Shown: positions 40,245 to 50,430, numbered from the stretch's first letter. The stretch: 64,000 bases of DNA from Candidatus Iainarchaeum sp. (GCA_043812975.1 JBDRLP010000025.1:794-64793), one strand, 5' to 3'. Notes: a model not told the origin generated them from the sequence alone. Numbers and translations: made by a program.

Positions 40245-40335
40245 AAAAAATTATTTCGCAGTCAAACTATCAAAACCCGTTCTACCAATTGAAATTTATT
40301 AAAAGAACTAATAAAAACCTTGCTTTAGCCATAAA

Positions 40336-40716
40336 TCAAATTTGTTGCTCTGCCAATTTCTCAAGACTAAACTCTATAAAATGCAGCTCAGTTTCAAGAC
40401 TTTGCATACTTTGTTGAAGTTTAAAACGCCTATCAGCAGCAATATTAGTCTTAAGCCCAGCTCTAATTCTCTCTAATCTACTTTGAACAAAAGATCTTCT
40501 GTTCATTAGTGCTCTTCCAGAAGGGTATTTTCTAAAATAGTTCGTAGGGATGCCAGGAGGAATAGTAATGCTTTCTATTGTTCTATTAAATCTTTCAAGA
40601 GTTTTGTGTAAAGATAATAGAGCTCTTCTAGTTCCAGGAGAAAGATTAGCTGGTAACTCTGGTTGTATTATAAATGGAAATTCTCTTTGTTTGGGGTTTT
40701 TCTTATGTCCGGGCAC
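40336..40716 (-). CDS. hypothetical basic protein (GTG start in the track; no nearby ATG)
   Basis: 126-aa ORF in the same frame as 40720..41085, separated only by TAG and GTT. Confidence 0.35.
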   Translation of the reverse strand: MPGHKKNPKQREFPFIIQPELPANLSPGTRRALLSLHKTLERFNRTIESITIPPGIPTNYFRKYPSGRALMNRRSFVQSRLERIRAGLKTNIAADRRFKLQQSMQSLETELHFIEFSLEKLAEQQI

Positions 40717-40719
40717 AAC

Positions 40720-41085
40720 CTACTCAAACTCCAGAACATTTCCCCTTCTAACCATTACGTAAGTTTCTGGGTTAATTGTGATTGCTCCTTTGCTTCCTTT
40801 TTCAAGAGAATCAACAATTTTTCCATTAAGCATTATTTCCTTTATTAAAATGTGGTCATCTTTGTAAAATAATTTTAAATCTTTTGTTATAGAACCTGAA
40901 AGGACTTTTCCTGTTATTGTGACTTCCTTTCTTATTTCATAAAGACCTTCAACTTCAAAAGAACTTGGAAAAGTAGTAATTTTTGTTGCAAGTTTGTTTG
41001 GTTTTGCATGGTCAGGAATACACACTCCAAGCTGACTCTTCTTTTGTGCTGGTTTTTGCAATAATCCAGAAAGAATACCCATCAA
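40720..41085 (-). CDS. hypothetical protein with beta-barrel-like segment
   Basis: 121 aa; GKVLSGSITKDLKLFYKDDHILIKEIMLNGK pattern is reminiscent of EF-Tu domain-2-like barrels. Confidence 0.35.
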   Translation of the reverse strand: MMGILSGLLQKPAQKKSQLGVCIPDHAKPNKLATKITTFPSSFEVEGLYEIRKEVTITGKVLSGSITKDLKLFYKDDHILIKEIMLNGKIVDSLEKGSKGAITINPETYVMVRRGNVLEFE

Positions 41086-41137
41086 AACCCTAAAGTATTA
41101 GTCTACAATGGAAATAAAAAGATTACTTGAAAGGACA

Positions 41138-42484
41138 TTAGTTTCTAGAACGGTTATATCCTCTATTTCCAGAGCTATTACTTGATCTTCCACTGGAACC
41201 GCCTCTAGATTGACCAGATCTACCGCCAGAACTACTTCTTGATCCTGTGCTTCTTGCAGAACCAGATCTTCCGCCAGAATAGCCACCAGAACGTCCACCT
41301 GATCTTCCACCAGAATAACCGCCTGAGCTTCTGCCCGAAACGCCTGAACGACCATAACTAGAACCTTGGCTTCTTCCACTATTATTTGAACGAAATCCGC
41401 CTCCTCCTCTGCCGCCTTTTTTATTATACATTTTTGGCGGAGCAATAATACTTCCATCTTCTCCAACAAAAGTTATTGCATGTCCTGTTTCACCCATTCT
41501 TCCAGTTCTTCCAATTCTGTGCTTGTGGGTATCTTCATCCTGTGCAAGATCATAATTTACAACATATTCAACATTATCAATCTGTAATCCTCTTGCAGCA
41601 ACATCAGTACCAATCAAAATCTTTGCTCTTCCTGACCTGAATTTTTCCAAAGCAATCTCCCTTGCTTTCTGGGATTTATCGCCATGAATACTTTCCACAT
41701 TATATCTCATTTTGTAAAGTTTTCTTGATAAGAAATCAGCACTTCTTTTTGTTGAAACAAAAACTAATACTCTTCCATCTTCTGCTTCATCTATAACTTC
41801 AAGAAGCGCATCTGTTTTGTGTTCCCTTGGAACCTTGATGTGTCTTTCAAAAATATTTTTTCCGATAAGTTCATCAGCAAGAATAATCTCCTCATACGTT
41901 GGAATGTACTCTTTAATCAAATGCGCAACACTTCCATCAAGAGTTGCTGAGAAAAGATGCGTATTGTTTGGCTTAACCTGATTCAAAATTTCTTTTATAT
42001 CATTGATAAAACCCATGTCCAACATTCTATCGGCTTCATCTAAAACAACACTATCAAACTGTTTTGGGTCAAGGTTATTGTTTCTGAAATGATCCAATAA
42101 TCTTCCAGGGGTTGCACATAAAATATCAACTCCTTTATCTATATCTCTTAATTCAGAAGTAATACCGTGGCCTCCGTAAAACGCAAAAATGTTAAGTCTT
42201 GTTTTATTGTTTATTTTTCTTAATTCATCCTTAACCTGAACAGCAAGTTCTCTTGTAGGGCAAAGTATTAATGTTGATTTTTTTTTGCCTGTAAAAATCT
42301 GTTCTGAAATTGGTATTCCAAAAGCTGCTGTTTTTCCGCTTCCGGTTTGGCTTTTTACAATTACATTATGACCTTTCAAGATCAATGGTATTGTATCAGA
42401 CTGTACTTCTGTTGCTTTATCATAATTCATTTTTTTTATTGCTTCTTTAATTTCACTACTAACCTCTATGTCTTCGAAACTCAT
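41138..42484 (-). CDS. DEAD-box ATP-dependent RNA helicase with C-terminal Gly/Arg/Ser-rich tail
   Basis: Q-motif, AQTGSGKT, PTRELA, DEAD (VLDEADRM), SAT, HRIGRTGR; RGG/SGG-rich last ~90 aa. Confidence 0.9.
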   Translation of the reverse strand: MSFEDIEVSSEIKEAIKKMNYDKATEVQSDTIPLILKGHNVIVKSQTGSGKTAAFGIPISEQIFTGKKKSTLILCPTRELAVQVKDELRKINNKTRLNIFAFYGGHGITSELRDIDKGVDILCATPGRLLDHFRNNNLDPKQFDSVVLDEADRMLDMGFINDIKEILNQVKPNNTHLFSATLDGSVAHLIKEYIPTYEEIILADELIGKNIFERHIKVPREHKTDALLEVIDEAEDGRVLVFVSTKRSADFLSRKLYKMRYNVESIHGDKSQKAREIALEKFRSGRAKILIGTDVAARGLQIDNVEYVVNYDLAQDEDTHKHRIGRTGRMGETGHAITFVGEDGSIIAPPKMYNKKGGRGGGGFRSNNSGRSQGSSYGRSGVSGRSSGGYSGGRSGGRSGGYSGGRSGSARSTGSRSSSGGRSGQSRGGSSGRSSNSSGNRGYNRSRN

Positions 42485-42631
42485 GTGTTAAAATCACCTT
42501 TTTTTTACGAAAACAGGTAAAAACGAAGAAAAAGAAATTCTCTCTATTCGCCGGAACGTTTGAACCAGCTATTCTTACGTGCTTTCTATACATAATACCC
42601 CTAACTGAGGGTTTATATAACTTTGCATTGG

Positions 42632-42880
42632 CTATTTTTTAGAAAAAACGAGATCTTCCTTCATTTTTCGCGAGTATGACTTGATTTTAAGTTCGCGTTT
42701 CATTGCCTCGCTTTTGGTTTCAAATTCCTCAGAATAAACTAATCTGACAGGCCTTCTTCTCTTAGTGTATTTAGCACCCTTGTCTTCATTGTGGGCTTTG
42801 ATTCTTTTCTCCAAATCAGAAGTATAACCACAATAAAAAGAATTATCACGACATTCAACCAAGTAAACAAAATAAGGCAT
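42632..42880 (-). CDS. stand-alone GIY-YIG nuclease-domain protein (YhbQ-like)
   Basis: YFVYLVECRDNSFYCGYTSDLEKRIKAHN; 82 aa. Confidence 0.7.
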   Translation of the reverse strand: MPYFVYLVECRDNSFYCGYTSDLEKRIKAHNEDKGAKYTKRRRPVRLVYSEEFETKSEAMKRELKIKSYSRKMKEDLVFSKK

Positions 42881-42941
42881 TACATAATATTGGGTAACTT
42901 GTTAATAATTTGTATTCTTAATTTTTTTATAATTAAAAGGA

Positions 42942-43130
42942 GTGATTATTCAAATGTGTAATGAAGAAAAAGAACATGAATGTTGCCATGGAGAAGGACA
43001 TGACATGAATCATGAAAAAATAAAAGAACATATTGAACATAAAATGAAAAAACATAAAGATTTCGTTGAAAAAATCGATAAAATGGATGTAAAAATCGAT
43101 AAAATACTTGAAAAATTAGATTCTAAATAA
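42942..43130 (+). CDS. small His/Cys/Lys-rich protein, possible metal binder
   Basis: EKEHECCHGEGHDMNHEKIKEHIEHKMKKHKD; 62 aa. Confidence 0.3.
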   Translation: MIIQMCNEEKEHECCHGEGHDMNHEKIKEHIEHKMKKHKDFVEKIDKMDVKIDKILEKLDSK

Positions 43131-43171
43131 AATATTTGTAAAGGAAAAATGGTTTCAGCAGAAGCTTGGAA

Positions 43172-44278
43172 TTAAATCAAAATTCCCCAGGTGTGTTCTG
43201 CATTTCCAATTCCTTCACCAATTTCTTTTGAAGTAGTTAGGGTATTTCCTTTTTTGTCCTGAAGCACAAAATTCTTTATTTTTGCAGGATATTCATTGTA
43301 TCTTAACTTTGTTTTCAGGAATCCAAAAGATTTTTTCTCAAACTCCCAATGTGCTTTTGAATAACAATCAACATCAAAAGAAATTTTTTCATATTTGTTT
43401 TCACCTTTAACAATAAAAACCGGCTGATCAATAGAATTTTTGTTTCCTTTAATACTTTTAATTTTGAAATGTTCTTTTTTATTGGTTCTTTGGCTGAAAA
43501 AATACAAGTCATCTCCAACAGGAAAGTTCCCCTGCTCAATAAAAGTATTAGTAATGTTGCCTTTTAGAATTGCAGGCCCAACATGCGGATTGAAATAAGA
43601 AAGAATACTTCCTTCTTCGAAATGGAAAATACCCCAATACCAAGAAGGAGCAGGTACATTAACAATCACGTACTGGAAATATGCTGTTCCTTTTATTTTT
43701 TCTTTTTTTGAATCAGTAATTGTTCCTGTAAAATTTGCTTTTGGTATTCCTAATGCACTATAACTCATTGAACTGCTAATGAAACTACCCTTAAAATAAG
43801 TCGGCTTTGCAATATCATTGGTTTCATCAAGTTTTAAATCAAAATTAAATTGTTTTTTTCCCTTATTTATTATAACTTTAAACCCGCCATCCTTTTCATA
43901 AAAACTTGTTTTGTTTTTTGAATCCGAAGTTAACGAATATGGTTTTTTTGTAAGTGCAATTTTTGCTTTCTCCAATAAATAACCATCATGCATTTCTTCG
44001 TCAAAATACCATACTGCAACAACCCCGTCAAAATCAGCGTTATCTCCAGAGTAATTAATTTTCCCTGAAAAATTAAAAGTCTGATTATTGCATTTAACTT
44101 TTTTTTCATTCTTTGTTGACCAGAGAATCATCAATTGATGCGGTTTATCAGGGTTTTCTTTATTTTCAATAAAAAAGAGCCAGAACCACCACCACCAGGT
44201 TCCTTTTTTATCATCAGCTGGATCTACGTTCCAGATTTTTTCAAATAACTCGATTTTTTCTTTTTCAGTATAAACCAT
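43172..44278 (-). CDS. hypothetical protein (Trp-rich N-terminus, beta-rich)
   Basis: 368 aa; GTWWWWFWLFF; no confident family assignment. Confidence 0.4.
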   Translation of the reverse strand: MVYTEKEKIELFEKIWNVDPADDKKGTWWWWFWLFFIENKENPDKPHQLMILWSTKNEKKVKCNNQTFNFSGKINYSGDNADFDGVVAVWYFDEEMHDGYLLEKAKIALTKKPYSLTSDSKNKTSFYEKDGGFKVIINKGKKQFNFDLKLDETNDIAKPTYFKGSFISSSMSYSALGIPKANFTGTITDSKKEKIKGTAYFQYVIVNVPAPSWYWGIFHFEEGSILSYFNPHVGPAILKGNITNTFIEQGNFPVGDDLYFFSQRTNKKEHFKIKSIKGNKNSIDQPVFIVKGENKYEKISFDVDCYSKAHWEFEKKSFGFLKTKLRYNEYPAKIKNFVLQDKKGNTLTTSKEIGEGIGNAEHTWGILI

Positions 44279-44462
44279 AAAAACCCACTTAAAAAAAACT
44301 TTTTTTACTTAAAAAATAAAAACCAATCAATTAAAAAAATGAAAAACAAATACGCGAGGAATGTAATTACCTATAAACAATTCTAATCTTAGTTTCTATT
44401 TTATTACCAATAAACCTAAGCTTCAAGAAACGTTAATATACATAAATCTGCATTATCAGTTC

Positions 44463-45251
44463 ATGAAAACAAGCATAATTGTAATTGGTTTTGTATTGAT
44501 TATTACAATGTTATCAGGTTGCATATTTGATAATTCTGAAGATCCTACTTATTATGAAATTCTTCTCGAAAATAGTGATTGTGACCCGCTTTGTAAGGAA
44601 GAATATATTGTACTTTCAAATGGTTTTATAATGAAAAAGTACTCTGTTGAAAAAGAAATTATTAAGAATGAAATTGAAATGGTTAAAATTGATGAAAGCA
44701 AGGCAAAAGAAGCAATAACATTTGTTCAAGGATTATCAATAGATCCAAGAGAAAACAGATGTATTGAATGCAATGAGTACACTTTACTAACGATAAAGAA
44801 CAAAGCAGCATTTATGTTTGCTGATACTGAACAAAACACTCCGAATGATATTAAACAGATTTTTGAAGACTCTAAACAACTATTCAGCACCGGAGTTAAG
44901 CAGGATGATTTCTTTATTCAGTTTGTATACAAAAAAATTGGCCAAAATAGCATTGATTACCATATTTTTTCAAATGGCTCGGTTTTGTTTGAAGAGTTTG
45001 ATGACAACATTAAACTGACAAATGCAAGGGTTTATGATATTGAAAAAGAAAAAATTGAGTTTTTAAAAAATATTATTGAACCTGAATTTTTTGAATCAGA
45101 AAGCAGCACAAGGAACTGTTATACTATTGGGCTTGATCAGGGTTACATTGAAGTTAAAAAAGAAAATTATTATGCTTTTATTTGGACGTGCGGAGCTGAG
45201 GATTCCAGCGCGGATAAATTATTCAATACTCTGATAAAGGAGTTTGGTTAA
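44463..45251 (+). CDS. lipoprotein, hypothetical (first gene of a 3-gene operon)
   Basis: MLSGC lipobox; 262 aa. Confidence 0.45.
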   Translation: MKTSIIVIGFVLIITMLSGCIFDNSEDPTYYEILLENSDCDPLCKEEYIVLSNGFIMKKYSVEKEIIKNEIEMVKIDESKAKEAITFVQGLSIDPRENRCIECNEYTLLTIKNKAAFMFADTEQNTPNDIKQIFEDSKQLFSTGVKQDDFFIQFVYKKIGQNSIDYHIFSNGSVLFEEFDDNIKLTNARVYDIEKEKIEFLKNIIEPEFFESESSTRNCYTIGLDQGYIEVKKENYYAFIWTCGAEDSSADKLFNTLIKEFG

Positions 45252-45253
45252 AA

Positions 45254-46189
45254 ATGAGGAAAATTTTTGGATTAATATTATTTTTGTTTTTGTTTCCGAT
45301 TGCAAACGCTATTGTGATTGTTTCGCCTACAATTTATTTTGTCACGCTTTCGATTGCAACTTTCATTGCTAATTCAATAATAGGTTTTCTTGCTTTGATT
45401 GCTGTTTCTGGTATACTGAACAAAACTTTTTTTGGAAAAAAAGTATCAGAAATTTTTACCTTCTTATTCGCTTCAATAAAAAAATTCGTTATTGGGATTA
45501 TTTCAATGATTATTGCTCTTTTGTTGATAAACCCTATAGAAATTTTTTCTGTTATTCAGGGAGCTATTGTAGCTGCAGTAATTTTTGGATTATTTTTTCT
45601 TTTATCCGAGTACTCAAAATTCAGGATTTCGATTAGCCAGAAAAAAACCAATATTTTGAAATCCGCAACTATTTTTTCATTAGTGGTGTTAATTGTTTTT
45701 ACTGTTTCAGCCTTGACTTCGCTGGAAATAAAAGTCATTGCAGGAGATGATTCACAATCATCTTTTGGAATAGATAAAAAGCAAGATAGTTTTCTTGATG
45801 TATTTAATGATTCTGTTTCTGAAGTAGCTTCTGCTCCCGCTGCAAGAGAATCAATAAGCCCGTCTGCTGGAAAATCTTCTCCTCCTGAGGATTATGCCCC
45901 ATCATATGATAATATAGAGGGGGAAAAAATTATTCTAAATGAGCTCTTGTTTTTCCCTGAAAGCAAAGAAAAATGCAAGGTTAAAGTTGGTGAACAATCC
46001 TTTACTTTCGAACCGCAATATAGTTGCTATTCTGCAGAAGGGCTTTTGCCTGAACGTATTTACTGCCCTGTAAAAGTTTCCTTTTACGAAATCAACCAGC
46101 TTGGAGATGTTCAGGTTATTGCTACAGGTTCCTGTAAAGATAGTTTTGCTGTTTCTCTTGAAAGTGGTTTCAGAGTTGAGGTTTCATGA
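45254..46189 (+). CDS. membrane protein with extracytoplasmic C-terminal domain, hypothetical
   Basis: 4 N-terminal TM; 311 aa; 3-nt gap from the upstream ORF and 4-nt overlap with the downstream ORF. Confidence 0.45.
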   Translation: MRKIFGLILFLFLFPIANAIVIVSPTIYFVTLSIATFIANSIIGFLALIAVSGILNKTFFGKKVSEIFTFLFASIKKFVIGIISMIIALLLINPIEIFSVIQGAIVAAVIFGLFFLLSEYSKFRISISQKKTNILKSATIFSLVVLIVFTVSALTSLEIKVIAGDDSQSSFGIDKKQDSFLDVFNDSVSEVASAPAARESISPSAGKSSPPEDYAPSYDNIEGEKIILNELLFFPESKEKCKVKVGEQSFTFEPQYSCYSAEGLLPERIYCPVKVSFYEINQLGDVQVIATGSCKDSFAVSLESGFRVEVS

Positions 46190-47583
46190 GTATTAAAAAT
46201 TTGGACAATTTTTTGAAACAAAGCCCTGTTTTAAAAGGAGAATTAGTTGTTCTGCAGAAAACAGAGAACTCTGAATTAATTGAGTTTGTCAAACCGTGCA
46301 ATAATGATTTTTTTGAACAAGTTTTTTCAATAAACGGCCCTTACTGGAATACTTATGCCGAACTAGGTTTTGGCAAAACCCCTTTTGATGTATCATACCT
46401 TGTTGTTTTGAATGCAAGGATGTATTTTTGCAGGAATGTTGAAAAGAAATTTCTTTATAAAATCGGGCCAAAAAAAAGCTTCGCCTATAATGGAGACATT
46501 ACTGAGGTACTAAAACTTTCTGTTGATAATTTGATTTCGCTTTTTTCAGTGCCTTTTGATTTTTCAAGTCAGGTTGCTTCTATTGCTCTTGCACAAATTA
46601 GGATTAATGAAAAGTTACAGGAATTTGAATTATTTTCAGAAAAATCCAAGGTTTTCTGGAAGCACAACCAAAAAATTAGGTTGAATGACTTGGCAAGTAT
46701 CACTAAGAATGCATTAGAAGGTGCTGTTGAATCAATGAAATATTCTTTTTACTCATCAATGGCTTATTCTCTAAAAGTAAAACTGAGAACTTCAAATGCT
46801 TGGAAAGAATGTGAACTTGAAAAATTATCAAAGTTGGTTAAAAAAAATCAGATTCAGCAGGTAAAGGAACTATTTGGATTTTATTCTAAAAACCCTTACG
46901 ATGTTTCCTTTTCAAGATTCTTAGAAAAGCCTTCTGATGCAGGTGAATTCAAAGAAATTAAATGGCCTAAGAATTCTGCTGCTAGGTGGAGAGAAAACTG
47001 CAAATTCTTATGCGCACGTTATCTTGGAATTTTGAGGAAATGTTATCTCGAATTTGGTAAAGCAAATGGTTTAGGTGAAAAAGTTTTTTTCTTAAAACCT
47101 AGTGAGCTTGCTGTGTCTAAAAATGATTTACTAAAAATTATCGAGAAACGAGAAAAACTTTTCCAGGATTCTATTAAAGGTGAATTGCCAAAATCTATTG
47201 TGTATGATGGAAAATGGAATATAAAATATGAACCAACAAAACCTGTTGCTTCTGAAACTAAAAAAATAAAAATCAAAGGAATTGCTGCTGGTGGTCAGGG
47301 AATAGTAGAGGGGAAAATTGTTTTTGTTGATACTGAGGTTGATTATAAGAAGGACTTAGATGGAAAAATAGTGATTTCGAAAACATTATCTCCAAACCTT
47401 ACTTTGTTGTTTGACAGGATTTCTGCTATTGTTAGTGAAGGAGGAGGAAAAGTTGCTCATACTGCTATTGTTTCATTAGAACAGGGAATGCCTTGTGTTG
47501 TTCAGACAAAAAACCTTGATTTACTGAAAGAAGGGGATAAAATAAGGGTTAATGGTTCTACTGGAAAAATAGAAAAACTTTGA
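46186..47583 (+). CDS. protein with C-terminal PEP-utilising-enzyme mobile (swivel phosphohistidine) domain
   Basis: C-terminal GGGKVAHTAIVSLEQGMPCVVQT matches the PPDK / PEP synthase / enzyme I swivel-domain His motif. The ~370-aa N-terminal region is unassigned. Confidence 0.55.
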   Translation: MSIKNLDNFLKQSPVLKGELVVLQKTENSELIEFVKPCNNDFFEQVFSINGPYWNTYAELGFGKTPFDVSYLVVLNARMYFCRNVEKKFLYKIGPKKSFAYNGDITEVLKLSVDNLISLFSVPFDFSSQVASIALAQIRINEKLQEFELFSEKSKVFWKHNQKIRLNDLASITKNALEGAVESMKYSFYSSMAYSLKVKLRTSNAWKECELEKLSKLVKKNQIQQVKELFGFYSKNPYDVSFSRFLEKPSDAGEFKEIKWPKNSAARWRENCKFLCARYLGILRKCYLEFGKANGLGEKVFFLKPSELAVSKNDLLKIIEKREKLFQDSIKGELPKSIVYDGKWNIKYEPTKPVASETKKIKIKGIAAGGQGIVEGKIVFVDTEVDYKKDLDGKIVISKTLSPNLTLLFDRISAIVSEGGGKVAHTAIVSLEQGMPCVVQTKNLDLLKEGDKIRVNGSTGKIEKL

Positions 47584-47602
47584 AACAGTTTCAGTTAAAA
47601 AT

Positions 47603-48079
47603 TTATTTTTTAATGGATGAGTAAATTGCTCCGCCAATTGCACCGGTAATAATACCAATTATTGCTAAAACTGGAAGCCCTAATAATATAGTGGCTATTA
47701 CAACCAAAATTCCTTCTCCCAATATCTCTATCTCACCCCAAAGCAAGGCGCTAATCAAATAATTGATTACAATGAAAAACAGAGAGATTGCAATCATAAC
47801 AATTGCATAAACTATTCCACTAGCTGCACCATTAATCGCTGCTGGCTTTAATTCAATTTTATTATTTTGCGCAGAACTCTTAGTAATCAAAAACCCGATT
47901 ATAATTGGCACTAAAAGACTTAGACCTATAGTTATAATCAACAAAATAATTGTGACTGAATAAATAGCAATTGCATTCATAATTATCGATAATGCTCCAA
48001 CAATTACCCCCCAAGTCGCAGAAAGTTTTGCAGATTTTTTCCATACTGCGGAAATCGCTTTTCTAACTTCAATAGCCAT
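47603..48079 (-). CDS. small polytopic membrane protein, hypothetical
   Basis: 158 aa, 4 TM. Confidence 0.4.
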   Translation of the reverse strand: MAIEVRKAISAVWKKSAKLSATWGVIVGALSIIMNAIAIYSVTIILLIITIGLSLLVPIIIGFLITKSSAQNNKIELKPAAINGAASGIVYAIVMIAISLFFIVINYLISALLWGEIEILGEGILVVIATILLGLPVLAIIGIITGAIGGAIYSSIKK

Positions 48080-48222
48080 TTTATAACACTCTTTTCTTTT
48101 GGAATTGATTGCTCTATTAATGAATTACGAGTTATATAAGGATATCTAAAAATAGTAATACGCGGGGAACGTAAGCAGCTACAAACAGTTCAAGTCTTAG
48201 CTTCAATTATTGAATCTAATTT

Positions 48223-48753
48223 TTATTCTAGGGATTTGACAAAATCAAGATAAGAGGTTATGTTTTTTTTATTCTTATTTTCAGTTTCTTTAAATTTTTT
48301 AAGCATTTTATTTTTAACAGAATCAATTAACAAGTCATCAGCCATAGGATACAATATGTTGTCTTCCTTGAATATGTGTTCTCTAATTAATATTATGTAG
48401 CTCTCAGATTCTTCAATTAATTTGCTCTTATTTTTCTCATTTATGCCTGATTCCATTAAGTTAATGCTTTTTCTTCCTTCTTCATGTTCAAATAGCATTT
48501 GTTCTACTGGATTACAATGCGCACCTCCTTCTTCTGCACATTTATTAAATTCTTTAAATAAAATATCTTCTTCCTTTTCATGATGAAATTTATCAGCATA
48601 ATTTCTTATAAAATCAATAACTTTTTTGAAAAAAATTATATCAATATCTTTAGTATTTAATTGTTTAATTTCAAATTCTAAAGCATTAACAACCTTTAAT
48701 ATATTTTCATGCTCTTTTGATAATATTTCCAATGATTCTGAACCTGATTCCAT
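48223..48753 (-). CDS. hemerythrin-like metal-binding domain protein (tentative)
   Basis: H..E / HHEKEED / H...EHEEG spacing resembles the hemerythrin HHE cation-binding pattern. Confidence 0.4.
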   Translation of the reverse strand: MESGSESLEILSKEHENILKVVNALEFEIKQLNTKDIDIIFFKKVIDFIRNYADKFHHEKEEDILFKEFNKCAEEGGAHCNPVEQMLFEHEEGRKSINLMESGINEKNKSKLIEESESYIILIREHIFKEDNILYPMADDLLIDSVKNKMLKKFKETENKNKKNITSYLDFVKSLE

Positions 48754-48922
48754 TTTTTACCTCATTTTCCCCAAATAAAATTATTATAACAAGCATTTAT
48801 TAACCCCCACAAACAGAGTTGATATGCGAATAATGAATCATGAACAAGCAATCTAAAAAAGAATTTTTTTGTTTCATTAACAATAAGCAATCTTTAAAAT
48901 AACAATTTTAGATTGATAACAT

Positions 48923-49234
48923 ATGATTGATGAAAAAAATTACAAAAATATCGAGAAACTAATTCAGTATTCTGAAGGCGGCATTACAAGCAAAGAATTA
49001 TTCAAAAATAACAAAATTAACAGTACTCTGTTCTGCATGGCAAAAGGAACAAAGTTATCTGAACACACTTCAACAAAAGAAGGATTTATTTTTGTTTTAG
49101 AAGGAAAAGGAACATTCAATCTTGAGGGTAAAGAAATTGTAATGCTTCCAGGAGTAATAATTTCAATGAAACAAAATGCATTACATTCCTTGAAAGCTGA
49201 AGAAAACACTTCATTTATGCTTCTTTTAAGCTGA
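48923..49234 (+). CDS. cupin-domain protein
   Basis: 103 aa; G.K...H....G..FVLEG..T..L.G double-stranded beta-helix pattern. Confidence 0.45.
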   Translation: MIDEKNYKNIEKLIQYSEGGITSKELFKNNKINSTLFCMAKGTKLSEHTSTKEGFIFVLEGKGTFNLEGKEIVMLPGVIISMKQNALHSLKAEENTSFMLLLS

Positions 49235-49364
49235 AAAAATGAGCACGCAGGGAACGTAAGCAACTACAAACAGTTAGAATCTCTAGCCCTCAGTTTACTC
49301 TGTATTTCGTCAATCCTTTCGTTGAGTTTGATGTAGTTTTTCATTGGTTGGTTTGAGTTGAAAA

Positions 49365-50360
49365 TCAAAGAAAATTATTCCAATAAGTTTCATTGAGTTC
49401 TGTGGCAGCAAATTGTGCTAATTCTTTGTAATCTTTTTTTTCTGCCTGGTCAATAAATGATGCATCAGCAGTATTCAAAGCATCTAAATATTCAGATCTG
49501 TGCTTATTCTGAATTATTAAAGGAGGGTAATTGGATTTTAATAAAATAAAATTCATCAGCATTCGTCCAGTTCTGCCATTCCCATCAAAAAAAGGATGAA
49601 TTTTCTCAAACTTATGGTGGAATAAAACAGCGAGAACAAAAGACTGCATCTTTTTCTTATTTTGTTTATACCATTTAATCAACAAATCAAGATCTTTAGA
49701 AACTAAATAAAACGGAGAAGCTTTGAATCTCATATGCATAACTCTAATATCTTTAGTCCTGTATTCTGTTCTTGAATCAATATTTTCAAGTAAATCAGCA
49801 TGAATCTTTTTTATCAAATCATGCGAAATATCTTTCTTAAAATCTAACTTTTCAAATACTTTTTTTGTATTTTGCAAATCATAAATTTCCCGAAGGGTTT
49901 TCCCCTTAGGGGTCAATCCGTCTTCCAAAAGATCATGTGCTTCTTTCAAAGTAATAGTATTGCCTTCAATAGAAGCAGTGTTAACAGCATATTCAATCAA
50001 AAAACCATTCATCATCTGCTCTTGTGTTAAAGAATCAAGATTCTTGAAAACCGCAGTAAAATGTAATTTACAAGCCTCAACATCAAACAAAGTGTTTTCT
50101 AAAAAATCATTAGTTTTCAATTTAAGCTTTTTAACTTCCTCCAAAAAATGATTTGACTCTAAAAACAAATTAATTTTCCTATAAGCCTTTTCAATATCCT
50201 TTTTATACTTAGGAAGCTTAACCAATTTTTTCTTAACTGATTCAATATTATTTCCTAAATAAGCAACATCTTTTGAAATAACTTTACCATTTTTCCTTTT
50301 AGAAGTGCGTAAATAATAGTAAATCTTCCCACTAACAATTTTTTTGTAAATATAAACCAT
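49365..50360 (-). CDS. Fic/Doc (fido) family protein
   Basis: HPFFDGNGRTGR Fic motif. Start moved to the Met at 50360 because the track ORF N-terminus (to 50486) runs into the tRNA-Ser gene. Confidence 0.85.
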   Translation of the reverse strand: MVYIYKKIVSGKIYYYLRTSKRKNGKVISKDVAYLGNNIESVKKKLVKLPKYKKDIEKAYRKINLFLESNHFLEEVKKLKLKTNDFLENTLFDVEACKLHFTAVFKNLDSLTQEQMMNGFLIEYAVNTASIEGNTITLKEAHDLLEDGLTPKGKTLREIYDLQNTKKVFEKLDFKKDISHDLIKKIHADLLENIDSRTEYRTKDIRVMHMRFKASPFYLVSKDLDLLIKWYKQNKKKMQSFVLAVLFHHKFEKIHPFFDGNGRTGRMLMNFILLKSNYPPLIIQNKHRSEYLDALNTADASFIDQAEKKDYKELAQFAATELNETYWNNFL

Positions 50361-50430
50361 ATAATAATAACAGACAAACCAATATATAAATCTACCCACT
50401 ACATAAGAAATTTCTCTTGTAGTGGGTAAA

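Noticed and set aside
40058-40417. Track ORFs 40058..40417(+), 40114..40302(+) and 39894..40085(+) covering the tRNA-Leu region
   Set aside because: They read through a tRNA gene and the poly-T/poly-A repeat element. The translations are phenylalanine/lysine low complexity.
40336-40760. Locally GC-richer stretch considered as a non-coding RNA rather than CDS
   Set aside because: A clean 126-codon frame with plausible amino-acid composition is present. I found no rRNA- or RNase P-like conserved blocks.
41098-41469. 123-aa ORF on the minus strand overlapping the 3' part of the DEAD-box helicase gene
   Set aside because: It is an alternative frame of the Gly/Arg/Ser-rich helicase tail and upstream region, with low-complexity EA/QV repeats. 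The helicase frame has all the conserved motifs, so this is a shadow ORF.
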